This document shows positions 43,375-44,569 of a DNA stretch of 44,569 nucleotides, piece after piece. Under the pieces are notes generated by a model, which saw only the letters and a list, made by a program, of their open reading frames with translations, searched no databases and was not told the DNA's origin. The first letter of the stretch is position 1. Every line of letters begins with the position of its first letter. Source of the stretch: Octopus sinensis (Eukaryota). Location of the stretch: the NCBI RefSeq assembly GCF_006345805.1, contig NW_021834883.1, positions 1-44,569 of the forward strand, read 5' to 3'. The translations under genes were made by a program, and so were the position numbers.

Positions 43375-44090
43375 GCATGGTTTACTTCAATGTTCAGTTT
43401 TATCCCCTACACTTTTCTGCCTATACATAAATACCCTACTTGTCATTGCCACCAATAACACCCACTGTTATTCTGATGATATCACCCTTTATTCTTCTTT
43501 TAATTTTCAGCACCAAAATGCTAAACTTACACTTACTCTGTGAGCAGATACCTTAGAAAACTGCACTAATCGCGTCTTCTTCAGCAGCACAGAAACACAG
43601 TCACTACACCTAGCATAAAAAGCAACAATACATTATTACCTTCCTCACCATTAAACATACAAATAAAACTTAGTCATTACAAGTGTTAAGCTTCATCATC
43701 ACAGAGTCTCTCCAGATCTCACATCTTTCATATAATAGAAAATATTTAGACCCACAATGAGGAACTGTTCCTACATTCAATTGAAGACCACTTAGTTGTT
43801 ATGAAGCCACCTACCATTGCATTCTAACCACTGCATTCTAACCACTGCTACTCAAAGCTATCTGGTCTTCTGACAACCTCCACTCTGATACTCCTGTATC
43901 ACTCATCTCACCTCCCTTCATCACCCTTGGTGTGTTCCTTGTTCCAGGTCCTGCACAAATCACAACACCCAACCTTCTACCCTAGAATGCAACCCCTCTG
44001 GAATTCTTTCATTGCATGCGTTTTCCTGCAGTTATCAAGTTGGAACTTTTCACAGTAGAACATGCAAGGGTCAATGGCACAGCCCTTTCA
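43375..44090 (+). mobile_element. Decayed CR1/L2-group LINE, RT core to C-terminus
   Basis: GLLQCSVLSPTLFCLYINTLL...HCYSDDITL (GVPQGSVLSP / YADD motifs), and near the end FYPRMQPLWNSF / VFPAVIKLELF. Confidence 0.8.
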
Positions 44091-44264
44091 TCCAGGCACA
44101 AACAATTGTGTGTGATGAAAGAGAGAGAGAGAGAGAGCGAAAGAAAAAGAGTGTGCAATAGGCTTTCACACAGCCCCCATCTACTAAATTCACTCACAGG
44201 CTATAATGAAGACACTGCCAAAGGAGTTACACAGGAGACTGAATATATATATTATCATATATAT

Positions 44265-44277
44265 GATAATATATTAT

Positions 44278-44320
<43 letters not shown>
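44265..44320. repeat. (TA)n microsatellite
   Basis: Directly visible. Confidence 0.95.
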
Positions 44321-44322
<2 letters not shown>

Positions 44323-44324
<2 letters not shown>

Positions 44325-44569
44325 TGGGTAGGCTACCCCCAAAGTAACTGGAAGCATTCTCTGTGGGACAAGCTCGTTGTAGTTCAGGCTTCCACCACTA
44401 GAAGCCACTTGATGCAGCACTCAGGTATCAGTCTGCTGACTAATGTTGTCCAGTGAGGTAATACTGCTGTGTGGTGCATCTTTGCTTTGCAGTGCTTCTC
44501 CCCTGTTCATTGATTTGTGATGGGCCCGAAACGAAACAAAGGAACCGTGCACTTCCATGAAATTCTGTT
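44323..44569 (+). mobile_element. Probable mariner 5' end (TIR and start of transposase), cut by the window edge
   Basis: TA-TGGGTAGGCTACCCCCAAAGTAACTGGAA resembles the reverse complement of the 3' TIR at 5330-5358. The terminal CAAAGGAACCGTGCACTTCCATGAAATTCTGTT resembles the KEQR.C.KFC start of mariner transposases. Confidence 0.5.

Noticed and set aside
43818-43846. 14-bp tandem duplication; also short palindromes at 25841-25856 and 32284-32298
   Set aside because: Short enough to be ordinary slippage products or chance.

Overview
This is AT-rich, repeat-saturated animal genomic DNA. The repeat families suggest an octopod cephalopod (inference, no database check). The only host gene I can support is EXOC8/Exo84 (exocyst subunit 8) on the + strand. 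Two coding exons (15659-15759 and 31528-31670) splice in frame across a 15,768-bp GT-AG intron. I recognised no other exons, so probably the whole window is intronic apart from these 244 bp. The rest is decayed mobile DNA: RTE, CR1/L2-like and R4/Dong-like LINE pieces, Penelope-like remnants with hammerhead-ribozyme motifs, Tc1, mariner, DD37D and hAT transposase fossils, TTAA-flanked and 8-bp-TSD MITEs, two tRNA-headed SINE families and long microsatellites. Most ORFs in the supplied track are translations of simple repeats or TE fragments. The most notable observations are (i) several hammerhead motifs, one inside an AT-rich element with a defined terminus; (ii) a 518-bp fold-back element built from two transposon 3' ends; (iii) repeated near-perfect palindromes and hairpins in the EXOC8 introns, one of pre-miRNA size; (iv) tandem stem-loop modules in an RTE 3' UTR; and (v) a cryptic fossil LINE endonuclease. 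I found no prokaryote-type system (CRISPR, operon, defence locus), and I cannot claim a demonstrably new biological system from the sequence alone. Boundaries of decayed TE fragments are approximate.
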